A stretch of 64,000 nucleotides of DNA from Atribacterota bacterium (GTDB taxonomy: Bacteria > Atribacterota > Phoenicimicrobiia > Phoenicimicrobiales > Stramentimicrobiaceae), in the NCBI GenBank assembly GCA_040767965.1, contig JAXGNR010000010.1, positions 32,001 through 96,000 on the forward strand, given 5' to 3'. Every line of letters starts with the position of its first letter. The stretch's first letter is position 1. The translations under genes were made by a program, and so were the position numbers. This document shows positions 21,045-31,194 of this stretch, in pieces. The notes under the pieces were generated by a model, which ran no database searches, had not been told where the DNA came from, and saw only the letters and a program-made list of their open reading frames with translations.

Positions 21045-22313
21045 ATGATATTGGATAAGAATGACCGTTTGACTATCTTTAATTATGAAGCATATTACGG
21101 TTGGGTAATTGTTATTATCGCTTCTTTATGCATGATGTTTAGTTATGGAGCACGTTATGCATTCAGTGTGTTTTTTAAACCTATGTCAGAGGACTTTGGC
21201 TGGTCCAGAGCAATGACCTCAGGAGTTTTTTCTCTTTATATGGTTACTTATGCCTTAGGCTCAGTTGTAGTGGGGAAGATTGTTGATGAATACGGGCCAA
21301 AGTTTTTAATTATTTTTGGAGCATTATTTTTAGGTGTAGGCATTTACGCCTGTTCAACTGTATCCCGGATATATCAATTATATATTTTTTATGGGATTTT
21401 GGTAGGACTGGGGAGTGCAGCTACCGGTTGGGTGAATGCTACCACTACGATAGCCAGATGGTTTGCAAAAAAAAGAGGTTTAGCCACCGGGATTACCAGC
21501 ACCGGGGTAGGATTAGGTAGCGCATTGTTTATTCCTCTGGCAACCATAATGGTTGCATCTGCTGGCTGGAGAGCCAGTTATCGGCTTTTTGGAATAGGAG
21601 TAATACTAATAATGGTCCCGCTGGGATTTTTTTCTATAAAATCTCCCCAGAATAAACCTGTATTGGCTGCAATGAAACAAGGAGTAAAAGCCAGAAATTT
21701 TTCCATTTTAGATGAGAAAAATTCCATAAATTTAAACCAGGCAGCAAAAACGGTCACTTTTCAGATTATGTTTTTAATTCAACTTCTAATGGCCTTTCAG
21801 CTAAATGTTGTCATGGTTCATTTTATACCCTATGCTACAGATATGGGGATTACGCCATTGGTGGCTTCCAGAGATATTGCCCTTTTAAGTATTGTTAGTG
21901 TTTTTGGCAGAATGTATGGTGGATGGCTTTCTGATAAAATTGGCAGGAAAACCATAGTAACATTTGCTATGTTAACTCAGGCTATTTCCTGTTTTTTTCT
22001 GCTGTTTATAAAAGATTATATTTTCCTATACTTATTTATCTATACTTTTGGAATAAGTTATGGTGGATGGGCTTCTCAATCTGCTCCTTTAGCAGCTGAC
22101 ATTTTCGGGAATAAGCATTTTGGTACAATCTGGGGGATTATTACCCTGGCTATTGGTTTGGGTGGAGCAATAGGTCCACTATTGGCAGGTTGGATTTATG
22201 ATTTTACAGGAAATTACATTGCTATTTTTTCTTTTAATGTTTTTATAAACCTGTTATCTTTCATTTTATCGATAATTTTTATTAAACCTTTATTATTGAA
22301 AGATAATAATTAG
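21045..22313 (+). CDS. MFS transporter (OFA/MCT-like)
   Basis: 12 TM; GKIVDEYGPK and GWLSDKIGRK motif A. Confidence 0.88.
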   Translation: MILDKNDRLTIFNYEAYYGWVIVIIASLCMMFSYGARYAFSVFFKPMSEDFGWSRAMTSGVFSLYMVTYALGSVVVGKIVDEYGPKFLIIFGALFLGVGIYACSTVSRIYQLYIFYGILVGLGSAATGWVNATTTIARWFAKKRGLATGITSTGVGLGSALFIPLATIMVASAGWRASYRLFGIGVILIMVPLGFFSIKSPQNKPVLAAMKQGVKARNFSILDEKNSINLNQAAKTVTFQIMFLIQLLMAFQLNVVMVHFIPYATDMGITPLVASRDIALLSIVSVFGRMYGGWLSDKIGRKTIVTFAMLTQAISCFFLLFIKDYIFLYLFIYTFGISYGGWASQSAPLAADIFGNKHFGTIWGIITLAIGLGGAIGPLLAGWIYDFTGNYIAIFSFNVFINLLSFILSIIFIKPLLLKDNN

Positions 22314-22402
22314 ACAGATATTTTAAAAAAACGGTTATTGCAAATCAAAAAACTGGCGGGTAAGTAAGTAATATTTAATAATTTCTTTGCCTGTCAGTCT
22401 TT

Positions 22403-23800
22403 TTAATCCTCTAACATTTCAAATAAATTATTTAATGCTTCAGATATGCTGGGATGTGCAAAAATAGCATCTCTGAGTTCTGTATATGGTAATTTGCCCA
22501 TCATGGCAACCTGTAAAATTGCCATAATCTCTCCACCTTCAATACCTAAAATAGCAGCACCCAGGATTTGCTTGCTGGATGAATCAACAAGAACTTTCAT
22601 TAAACCTGCAGTTTCTCCTGTCTCGATAGCTCTGGCAACCCAGCTCATGGGCATTTTAGCTACCTGGTAATCATATCCCAGATCCTTTGCCTTTTTTTCA
22701 GTTAAACCAATCCGGCCAAGCTGAGGATCAATAAATACTACATAAGGCAATAATCTGCCAGTGGTGTGGGTATTTTTTTTATGCAAGATGTTATTTGTGA
22801 TTATTCTGAAATCGTCATAAGAAATATGAGTAAATTTCGGCCCTCCGTTAACATCACCAATAGCGAAGATGCCTGGAACTATAGTTTCCAAAGAGATATT
22901 TACTGGAATAGATCCATCCTTGGCTGTTTTTATGCCAGTTGCGTTAAGGTCCAGGGCGGATGTATTGGGTATTCTGCCGGTTGCCACCAGAAGGTGTGTT
23001 CCTTCAACTATCTTCTCTTTCTTTTTTTCCTTCAATATTAGTGAAATTTTCTTTTTTTCAGATGAATTAACTTTAATAACTTCTGTTTCCAGATGGATTG
23101 ATAAACCTTCTTTTTGGAGTATTGAAGAAATCTCCTGAGATATATCTTTGTCTTCATTAGGAAGAAGTTGACTATTCCTTTGGATAATAGTAACTTTACT
23201 GCCAAAACGATTGAACATTTGTCCGAACTCCAAACCAACATATCCACCACCAATTATTAAAAGATGCTCTGGTATGCTGGTAAGTTCCATTATTGCTGTA
23301 GAATCCAGATATTTAACATTAGCAAGGCCATCGATTTCAGGTATTGCAGGGCTGGTTCCGGTATTGATAATAATTTTTTCTGCTTTCAAGTATTTCTTTT
23401 CCTGATTTTGTAAAGAGACTACAATTTCTTTTTTCCCGATAAAAGATGCCTCTCCTTCTATAAAAGATAGCCCGGAGGTTGATAATAACTGGTTTTTACT
23501 GCCATCACGGAAGCTATCTACTATTTCTTGTTTGCGCTGCACTATTTTAGATAAATCAATTGACTTCAGAGTGAGGTTGATTCCATAGTTTTCTGCCTGT
23601 TTTATTAGATAAGCAATTCTTGCAGAAGCAATCATGGTTTTGGTGGGGGTACACCCATAATTAATACAGGTACCACCGACATGATTTCGCTCTACTAAAG
23701 CAACTTGCCAACCTGCTTTAGCTAGAGTAGTAGCCAGTGGAGTTCCGCCTTGTCCGGCACCTATAATGATAGCATCAAAGTTTTTAAAATCTTTTACCAT
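22403..23800 (-). CDS. pyridine nucleotide-disulfide oxidoreductase (RclA/YkgC-like)
   Basis: GAGQGG, GGTCINYGC redox disulfide, HPSISE; no C-terminal Cys-Cys. Confidence 0.85.
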   Translation of the reverse strand: MVKDFKNFDAIIIGAGQGGTPLATTLAKAGWQVALVERNHVGGTCINYGCTPTKTMIASARIAYLIKQAENYGINLTLKSIDLSKIVQRKQEIVDSFRDGSKNQLLSTSGLSFIEGEASFIGKKEIVVSLQNQEKKYLKAEKIIINTGTSPAIPEIDGLANVKYLDSTAIMELTSIPEHLLIIGGGYVGLEFGQMFNRFGSKVTIIQRNSQLLPNEDKDISQEISSILQKEGLSIHLETEVIKVNSSEKKKISLILKEKKKEKIVEGTHLLVATGRIPNTSALDLNATGIKTAKDGSIPVNISLETIVPGIFAIGDVNGGPKFTHISYDDFRIITNNILHKKNTHTTGRLLPYVVFIDPQLGRIGLTEKKAKDLGYDYQVAKMPMSWVARAIETGETAGLMKVLVDSSSKQILGAAILGIEGGEIMAILQVAMMGKLPYTELRDAIFAHPSISEALNNLFEMLED

Positions 23801-23977
23801 TTGTTTAACCTCCTTCTGGGAGATGGTTTTTTGGAAGGAATACTTTTTCTTTATCTTTAATATTTGAGAGAATTATTAACTGCATAATATCATGCAATAA
23901 TAAAAATGGTCAAATATCATAGTTGAATTTACAGGATGATTTGTTGACAGATTTATTAAAAAACACGAAAAGTGAAT

Positions 23978-24955
23978 TTACCCTACAATTCCAAAAGTGA
24001 ACAGGATATAAAAAGAATAGGCAAATAATAAAATAAAACCATACCGCCTCTTAAAATATTTATGACTGAAAAAGGAAAAACTTATTGTTGCAAATACAAT
24101 CATTAAACCAAAGGGCAAATGTATATTTAATACTTTCGAATCAATAGAAATAGGGAAAACGGTTGCTGAAGCTGCTATAACCAGTATTATATTTAAAATA
24201 TTTGCCCCTAAAATATTGCCCATGGAAATATCCTGGGCTTTTTTGCGCAAAGCGGTTATTGCTGTCATTAATTCTGGTAGAGAAGTTCCCAAAGCAGTCA
24301 TTGTTAAACCTATTACTATATCCGGAACTCCTATAAGTAAAGCTATTTTCTCACCATTTGCTACAAGCAGACGAGAACCGGTTATGGTTAAGGAAAGGCC
24401 AATTACAAATGAAGTGATAATAAACAAAATTGTTTTATAATCTTTTTTACAAAATTGAGATTCTATATTTTGACTTGTTTTGGCATTAAAAAGAAGACTT
24501 TCTCTAATATTTTGTATTATATACAGAATCAGAATCCCAAATAAGAAAAAGCTGGTAGATTTAGATATTTCTCCATACTTCAAGCCTAGAAGAAAAACCA
24601 ATACTAAAAGAGAAGTCAATAAAATTCCCTTTTGCTGAAATGATTTTTTTTCTTTAAACTCAGGCCTGGAGATAATTATAACCATAGCTAGAATTAAACC
24701 GGTATTACAGATAATTGAACCCAGAGCATTGCCTAAGGCAATATTTGAATTTTGTTGAGCAGATGCGCTTACAGATACCATTAACTCTGGAAGGGTAGTA
24801 CCAACACTGACCAGGGTAGCGCCAATAATCAAATCAGGGATTCTGGTTACTCTGGCAATCCAGATCACAGAATCTATAAACAGATCACTCCCTTTAATAA
24901 TCATTATCAAACCAATTAGAAAGAATGAAAATGGCATTATATTTGTTAATGTCAT
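23978..24955 (-). CDS. CaCA-family cation antiporter (YrbG-like), probably a Mn2+ exporter
   Basis: Alpha repeats GTTLPE...GNALGS and GTSLPE...GNILGAN; upstream riboswitch. Confidence 0.9.
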   Translation of the reverse strand: MTLTNIMPFSFFLIGLIMIIKGSDLFIDSVIWIARVTRIPDLIIGATLVSVGTTLPELMVSVSASAQQNSNIALGNALGSIICNTGLILAMVIIISRPEFKEKKSFQQKGILLTSLLVLVFLLGLKYGEISKSTSFFLFGILILYIIQNIRESLLFNAKTSQNIESQFCKKDYKTILFIITSFVIGLSLTITGSRLLVANGEKIALLIGVPDIVIGLTMTALGTSLPELMTAITALRKKAQDISMGNILGANILNIILVIAASATVFPISIDSKVLNIHLPFGLMIVFATISFSFFSHKYFKRRYGFILLFAYSFYILFTFGIVG

Positions 24956-24985
24956 AAAAACCCTACCTATAATATAATATTAAAT

Positions 24986-25031
24986 AAAAAAGACTTTTAT
25001 CTATAGAATTAATGACTATAGATAAAAGTCT
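24986..25031 (-). terminator. riboswitch expression-platform terminator
   Basis: 16-bp stem AGACTTTTATCTATAG/CTATAGATAAAAGTCT plus U tract, overlapping the aptamer 3' strand. Confidence 0.85.
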
Positions 25032-25136
25032 CGCTATCATAATTATATGAAAATCTGACCGGGCTTTAAAATCTTAGCCGTGTTGACGATCAGATTAATG
25101 GCTTATAAAGTTAAGTCACCAGCTACTCCCTTTTAT
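25022..25136 (-). ncRNA. yybP-ykoY (Mn2+) riboswitch
   Basis: Minus strand reads AUAAAAGGGAGUAGC...CGUCAACACGG...CCGG...GCGAGACUUUUAU, the conserved blocks of this class. Confidence 0.88.
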
Positions 25137-25146
25137 ACTGAATCGT

Positions 25147-25175
25147 ATTATATTATGAAACGTAGAAAAAGGCAA
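25147..25175 (-). promoter_or_regulatory. sigma70 promoter for riboswitch transcript
   Basis: TTGCCT-17-TATAAT ending about 10 nt before the aptamer. Confidence 0.7.
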
Positions 25176-25372
25176 TACCAGTATGATGATTGTTGTGATT
25201 AATTTGTGATAATGTCACCTTATTAATTATCTTGATAAAATGTGTCTACTTGCTAATATGCTGATAAGCTTTATAAATGGTATAATAAAAATAGAAATTC
25301 ATAAATAAAACACGAGAAAAAATGCTAATGTTTTGTTAATGGTTATTTATAGATAGAAAAGGAGTTACTATT

Positions 25373-26494
25373 ATGAAAACTAATTTACATGAGTTATTTA
25401 GCTTTGGTCAAAGCCCGTGGTTGGATTATATCAGCAGAAAAATTATTGATAATGGACATTTACAAAAGATGATAGACAAAGGGATTGTGGGAGTAACTTC
25501 TAATCCCACCATTTTTGAAAAGGCAGTATCTGCAGGTAATGACTATGAGTCTATGCTTGAGAATCTTACTCAAAAAGGAAAAAGTAAGGAAGAAATTTAT
25601 GATAATATAACTATAAGAGATGTTCAGGATGCCTGTGATTTGTTTATGCCAGTGTACCGGAAAACCAACTGCAAAGACGGATATGTAAGTTTAGAAATTA
25701 ATCCACAGCTGGCTTATGACACAAATAGGTCAGTTGAAGAGGCTGAAAGGCTGGTCCAGATAGTCGACAGACCTAATTTAATGATTAAGGTTCCTGCTAC
25801 AGAAGAAGGCTATCCGGTAATTGAAACCTTGCTTAGCCAGGGGATAAATGTTAATGTTACTCTTATTTTTTCTCTTGATCAGTACAGGAAAAGTGCTGAT
25901 GCTTATCTTTCAGGGATAGAAAAGGCTTTTTTAAAAAGAAAAGACTTAAGTAAAATAAATTCAGTAGCAAGCGTTTTTGTTAGCCGTGTTGATAGCTTGA
26001 TAGATTCATTATTAGAAAAAGAGATCAATAAATCAGATAATGAAAGAGAAAAGAGCGAGCTAAAAAGCTTAATGGGTAAATCTGCTATTGCAAATAGTCA
26101 GCTAATTTATAAAGAGAATAAAAAAATATTTTCTTTACCTCGCTTTCAGGAGATGACAAAAAATAATGCCAATAAACAGCGTGTATTATGGGCTTCCACC
26201 AGCACTAAAAATCCTAATTATTCTGATGTGAAATACGTTAAAGAGCTTATCGCTCCGGAAACTGTAAATACAATGACTGAAGATACTATCGAAGCATTTA
26301 TTGATCATGGAAAAGTAGAAATTGCTATAACAGACAATGTTGTTGCAGCTGAACAGGTAATCTCCAATTTAAAAGAGAGAAAAATTTTTATTGATGAAAT
26401 CTGTCAACATCTATTGGAAGATGGAGTTAAGAAATTTATTGATTCATTTCAATCTTTACTGGAAGCTATTGAGAAAAAAAAGGAATCATTTTAA
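25373..26494 (+). CDS. tal: transaldolase
   Basis: GVTSNPTIF, MIKVPAT, NVTLIFS, LWASTSTKNP. Confidence 0.93.
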   Translation: MKTNLHELFSFGQSPWLDYISRKIIDNGHLQKMIDKGIVGVTSNPTIFEKAVSAGNDYESMLENLTQKGKSKEEIYDNITIRDVQDACDLFMPVYRKTNCKDGYVSLEINPQLAYDTNRSVEEAERLVQIVDRPNLMIKVPATEEGYPVIETLLSQGINVNVTLIFSLDQYRKSADAYLSGIEKAFLKRKDLSKINSVASVFVSRVDSLIDSLLEKEINKSDNEREKSELKSLMGKSAIANSQLIYKENKKIFSLPRFQEMTKNNANKQRVLWASTSTKNPNYSDVKYVKELIAPETVNTMTEDTIEAFIDHGKVEIAITDNVVAAEQVISNLKERKIFIDEICQHLLEDGVKKFIDSFQSLLEAIEKKKESF

Positions 26495-26704
26495 TAAACT
26501 ACTATTGATATAGCTTTTGTTTTTTCTAAGGTTATTTGTAATACATAAACCAGGAGTAACATGAAAAGTATGTTTGAAAAAATTATTGAATGAAAAATTA
26601 AAAAATTTGTCAAATTACTTTTGTTCAATATAGAAATTATTTAAAAGATGTTATAATATTTTTTTACCTATTAAAATAGAAAAAATTCTAGGAGGTTTTG
26701 CAAT

Positions 26705-27097
26705 ATGGATGAGTTTTATTATCCTGATATAAATCGTTCAGCATTAATTGTGAAAGTTAAAAAGCCTTTTCTTGATTGGCTAATATATACCAGCAAGGAA
26801 TACGACCCTCCTGAAGATGAATTAGACCCTAATTTATTAAAAACGGAAGGATTTGATTCCAAATTCGTATATCTTATTCCAATATATGATGATATGGACA
26901 GTTATGAAAAATTCTTAAAAGAAAACTATAAAGAAATTTTCGAGCATGAATTAAGTGGTTGGTATACTGATCCTAAAATGTGGCCTAAAAACAGATCATG
27001 GAAAGTATTTCAAGAATGGTTTGAATATGAAATTCAGTCAATGGTTTTTGATATGGTGAAAAATGAATCTTTAAATTACTTAGACTATGATGAGTAA
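26705..27097 (+). CDS. conserved hypothetical acidic protein
   Basis: AGGAGG RBS; INRSALIVK.KKPFLDW...ELSGW...WP..R...F..WF pattern. Confidence 0.7.
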   Translation: MDEFYYPDINRSALIVKVKKPFLDWLIYTSKEYDPPEDELDPNLLKTEGFDSKFVYLIPIYDDMDSYEKFLKENYKEIFEHELSGWYTDPKMWPKNRSWKVFQEWFEYEIQSMVFDMVKNESLNYLDYDE

Positions 27098-27245
27098 GTT
27101 TTCAATGATAATATATTAATTTACCTGGTGAAATATCCATTAAAATCTAAAGCCAAGAAAAACTCTGCTTCTTTAAGTATTAAATGACACCCGATTTACA
27201 ATGAATAATATATATTAAAAAAATTGAAGAAAAAGAATAATTGCA

Positions 27246-27298
27246 TTGACAAAAATTAATTTTTATTTTAGTATAAATACTACTAAAACAATAGTATT
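27246..27298 (+). promoter_or_regulatory. promoter plus palindromic operator, candidate Rrf2 site
   Basis: TTGACA-17-TAGTAT; AATACTA-N9-TAGTATT at 27276-27298. Confidence 0.75.
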
Positions 27299-27320
27299 AC
27301 TAGTAAAAAAGAGGTTTTAA

Positions 27321-27746
27321 ATGAGACTTTCAACTCGTGCAAGATATGGTACCAGGCTAATGGTTGAATTAGCATTAAATTACAGTAAAGGATTGATCTT
27401 TTTAAAAGATATCGCGGAAGAAGAAGAAATATCTGAAAAATACTTAAGCCATCTTGTTATACCTTTGAAGGCAAGAGGATTAATATCTTCTTCCCGGGGA
27501 GCCCATGGAGGGTATAGACTGGCAAAACATCCTGTAGAAATTACCGTTAAAGAAATAGTGCAGACTTTAGAAGGAAATATTAGTCCTGTAGAATGTGTAG
27601 CAAATCCTTCAATTTGCAAAAGGATTTCAACCTGTAAAACACATGAAGTGTGGGATATACTGGATCAAAAAATAACTGAAACGCTTAATTCAATTACCCT
27701 AAGTGACTTGATTGATAATAAAAAACAAGCAAATACAAGCAAATAA
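27321..27746 (+). CDS. Rrf2 family regulator (IscR/CymR-like, three Cys)
   Basis: LSTRARYG, SRGAHGGY, C-x6-C-x5-C. Confidence 0.92.
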   Translation: MRLSTRARYGTRLMVELALNYSKGLIFLKDIAEEEEISEKYLSHLVIPLKARGLISSSRGAHGGYRLAKHPVEITVKEIVQTLEGNISPVECVANPSICKRISTCKTHEVWDILDQKITETLNSITLSDLIDNKKQANTSK

Positions 27747-27815
27747 TTGAAGATTGATCTTACCTGAATTGGAATCAATTTTTTAGAATATTTATCTTGA
27801 GGAGAATAATTCAAA

Positions 27816-29000
27816 ATGAACAATAGATTAGTTTACATGGATAATAATGCCACTACTCCCTTACATCCTCTGGTAAAGGAAGAGATGATAAAAACTATGG
27901 AAATATTTGGTAATCCCTCAAGTCTGCATCAATTTGGAAGACTTGCCAAGCAAAGGGTTAAAGAAGCAAGGACAGCCATTGCCTCCTTTGTTGGCAGCAA
28001 ACCTGAAGAAATTATCTTCACTGGATCAGGATCTGAAGCAAATAATACAGTGTTATCAATAATAGCTTGCTCTTCTACTCAGTGTGATTGTTCTGGAGCA
28101 GGCAAATACCATAAAATTATCACTACAAACATAGAGCACCCTTGTGTTTTAGAAACAGCCAGATGTATTGCAGAAAGAAATATTCCGGTAAAACTTTTAG
28201 AAGTAGATAAATATGGAAAAATCAAGCTGGAAGAATTAGAAAAAGAACTTAAAAAAAGCCCTGCTTTAGTTTCAATTATGGCAGCTAATAATGAAATAGG
28301 TACTGTTCAGGATATTAAGCAAATTGCCGATTTGACACACCAATATGGAAGTTTGTTTCATACTGATGCTGTACAGGCAGTAGGCAAAATACCTATGGAT
28401 GTTAATGATTTGGGAGTAGATTTTCTTTCAATGTCTGCTCATAAGGTATATGGCCCAAAAGGGATTGGGGCATTATATGTACGGAAAGGAACTCCTTTCT
28501 GCCCGTTAATCAGGGGAGGGCACCAGGAAAGCGGACGACGTGCTGGTACAGAAAATACTTTAGGCATTATAGCATTTGGGAAAGCTATAGAGTTGAGAAA
28601 AAAAGAAATGTCTTCTGAACATGATCTTTTATTAAAATTTAAAGAAAAAATAAAGAGTCAATTGAAAAATAAAATAGATCATATCTATTTTAATGGGCAT
28701 CCTCAAAATAGTTTGCCCAATACCTTAAATGTTTCTTTTCCAGGCGCAGAAGGTGAGGCAATTTTATTATATCTGGATTTAGCAGGAATAGCAGTATCCA
28801 CCGGTTCAGCCTGTGCTTCTGGTTCATTAGATCCTTCTCATGTTTTATTAGCTACCGGGACACCTATAGAATATGCTCATGGATCTATCAGGATAAGTAT
28901 GGGTAGGGATACAACCCTGGAAGATGTTGATTATTTGATAGAGACATTACCGGAAGTAATTACTAAAATTAGAAAAATGTCCACTATGAAGACAGGTTAA
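27816..29000 (+). CDS. iscS: cysteine desulfurase
   Basis: YMDNNATT, HTDAVQA, SAHKVYGPKG, STGSACAS. Confidence 0.93.
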   Translation: MNNRLVYMDNNATTPLHPLVKEEMIKTMEIFGNPSSLHQFGRLAKQRVKEARTAIASFVGSKPEEIIFTGSGSEANNTVLSIIACSSTQCDCSGAGKYHKIITTNIEHPCVLETARCIAERNIPVKLLEVDKYGKIKLEELEKELKKSPALVSIMAANNEIGTVQDIKQIADLTHQYGSLFHTDAVQAVGKIPMDVNDLGVDFLSMSAHKVYGPKGIGALYVRKGTPFCPLIRGGHQESGRRAGTENTLGIIAFGKAIELRKKEMSSEHDLLLKFKEKIKSQLKNKIDHIYFNGHPQNSLPNTLNVSFPGAEGEAILLYLDLAGIAVSTGSACASGSLDPSHVLLATGTPIEYAHGSIRISMGRDTTLEDVDYLIETLPEVITKIRKMSTMKTG

Positions 29001-29010
29001 GGAGAAAACA

Positions 29011-29631
29011 ATGAGCAGTCAAGTTGATTGGGTTTATTCAGAAAAATTAAAAGAGCACTTTATTAATCCGCGTAATATCTTAGAGGACGAAGACTCCTAC
29101 CATGATGACGGAAAAGGGATTGTTGGAAATATGAAGTGTGGAGATCAGATGTTGGTTGTTATCAAGGTAGATAAAGAAAAAGGAATTATATCTGATTGCA
29201 AATGGAAAACATATGGTTGTGCCAGTGCTATTGCCAGCACTTCCATTTTGTCAGAGATGGTCAAGGGAATGACTTTAGAACAGGCATACCATCTTTCACC
29301 CAAGGATATAGCCAAAGAGTTAGGCGGATTGCCTGAAAACAAAGTGCATTGTTCTGTATTAGGAGATAAGGCCTTAAGAGCAGCAATTAATGATTATTAT
29401 AAAAGAAACGGAATGCATGATAAAATTAAAACTGAAGAAGCCAGAGTAGTTTGTCATTGCATGAATGTAACTGATGAAGAGATTGAAGATGCAGTTTTAG
29501 AAGGTGCACGTAGCTATATTGAAATTCAGGAAAGAACAAAGGCCGGAACAGTATGCGGTCAATGCAAAGATGATATCTTAAGATTGTTAGATAAATATAC
29601 AAAAGAACATTTTGGAGAAAATAAAAAATAA
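29011..29631 (+). CDS. nifU: Fe-S scaffold: IscU domain plus BFD-like [2Fe-2S] domain
   Basis: CGD, GCASA, VHCS; C-terminal CHC...GTVCGQC. Confidence 0.88.
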   Translation: MSSQVDWVYSEKLKEHFINPRNILEDEDSYHDDGKGIVGNMKCGDQMLVVIKVDKEKGIISDCKWKTYGCASAIASTSILSEMVKGMTLEQAYHLSPKDIAKELGGLPENKVHCSVLGDKALRAAINDYYKRNGMHDKIKTEEARVVCHCMNVTDEEIEDAVLEGARSYIEIQERTKAGTVCGQCKDDILRLLDKYTKEHFGENKK

Positions 29632-29651
29632 AATAAAAAGGAGGTGATAAT

Positions 29652-29846
29652 ATGGTTGTTGATCCGGTTTGCAAAATGGAAGTAGATAAGCAGACTTGCA
29701 AGTATAAAAGTGAATATAAAGGAAAAACCTATTATTTCTGTGCTCCAGGATGCAAAATGGACTTTGACGAAAATCCTGAAAAATACCTGCAATCTTCAGG
29801 GAAACCAGAGAAAAAAAATGAGATGCCACCCTGGGGTGTTTGCTAG
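29652..29846 (+). CDS. YHS domain protein
   Basis: DPVCKM...YKGKTYYFCAPGC...FDENPEKY. Confidence 0.88.
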   Translation: MVVDPVCKMEVDKQTCKYKSEYKGKTYYFCAPGCKMDFDENPEKYLQSSGKPEKKNEMPPWGVC

Positions 29847-30060
29847 AGATATAGGTAAGTTTTGAAAAGTATTCATAGAAACAGGAAAAATTTCTTTTAT
29901 CTTGAATTTTTCTGATTCGGTATCCATTAATAATAGAAAAAATACATTCTAAATTTGCAGAAAAGAAGCAGCCCAATGGATACCGGAAAATATTAATTTA
30001 CATTAGACATAAAAAACATTTAGTGGTTTAATTTTAAGGCCACTATTTTTATTTATTTTA

Positions 30061-30083
30061 TATACTACTAATATAATAGTATA
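30061..30083. promoter_or_regulatory. second copy of palindromic operator, upstream of cysK
   Basis: TATACTACTAATATAATAGTATA, 19/23 identical to 27276-27298. Confidence 0.75.
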
Positions 30084-30216
30084 AGTAGTGAATGAAATTG
30101 TAATTAAAATAATACATCAATTCAGGTCAGAAAAATATTTAAAAAGTTTTAGTAATCATTAATTAATATTTATTTGATATTTGAATTGTTTTTGCAAATA
30201 AGGAGAAGAGAAGAAG

Positions 30217-31155
30217 ATGGTTAAAATTGCCAGTGATATAACTGAACTGATTGGGCATACTCCATTAATTAGTTTAAATAGAATAACTGAAAACACTGAG
30301 ATAAAGATTATTGCAAAACTGGAATTTTTCAATCCGGGAGGCAGTATAAAAGACCGAATTGGTTTACATGATAGTAGCTGCAGAAAAACAGGGAAGTGTT
30401 TTAAAAAGATTCTGTAATTGTTGAGCCAACCAGTGGGAATACACAGGAACTGTAACTTTGGCTTTTGTTTGTGCAGTTAGAGGATACAAATTGATTCTTA
30501 CCATGCCGGAGACAATGAGTGTTGAGTGAAGAAAATGCTGGAAATATTTGGGGCTGAGATTGTTTTAACTCCAGGGAATGAAGGCATGCAGGAGTCATCA
30601 GTAAAGCAGAAGAGATTGTCAGAAGAATCCACAATCTTTTATGCCTCAGCAATCAATAATCCTGCTAATCCTGAAATTCATCAAAGAACCACCGTGATTG
30701 GAAATCTGGGAAGACACAGAGGGCCATAAGATATCCTGGTTTCTGGAGTGGGAACAGAGGAAATAATAACTGGGATATCCTTGCAATCAAAAAGATGAAA
30801 TCATCAGTTAAAACAATTGCAGTCGAACCTGCGAATTCTCCCTGTCTTTTCCGGCGGAGAGCCTGGTGTATACATAAAATTCAGGTATTGGTGCTGGTTT
30901 TGTAAGCCAGCTATTCTAGACAGAAGTATTATTGATGAAATAATCAAAGTTACTGATTTATGTAGCTTTAATTTAGTGCTGTACACTTGCGAAAGAGGAA
31001 GCGAATTTTACAGGTATATCTGCAGGTGCAGCAGTCTGGGCAGCACTAAAGATAGCCAGCAGGAAAGAAAATAAAGAAAAACAACTTCAGAAACATTCTT
31101 CCGGAGGCCCCATATGGTCTTTGCTTGTCTTTCAACTGAGCTTTTTCAAGACTAA
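30217..31155 (+). pseudogene. cysK: cysteine synthase A with multiple frameshifts
   Basis: LIGHTPL, KLEFFNPGGSIKDRI, VEPTSGNT, NPANPEIH and STELFQD* spread over several frames. Confidence 0.88.
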
Positions 31156-31194
31156 AAAGATAGTTGTAAAGATAGTTGGGTCTATAATTGAAAA

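Noticed and set aside
22403-23800. Mercuric reductase MerA
   Set aside because: No C-terminal Cys-Cys pair, no NmerA domain and no mer operon
25190-25222. Rex operator upstream of tal
   Set aside because: TTGTGAtaatgTCAC has the wrong spacing and an incomplete right half
26561-26593. 10-codon ORF MKSMFEKIIE with AGGAG RBS
   Set aside because: Too short, with no supporting features
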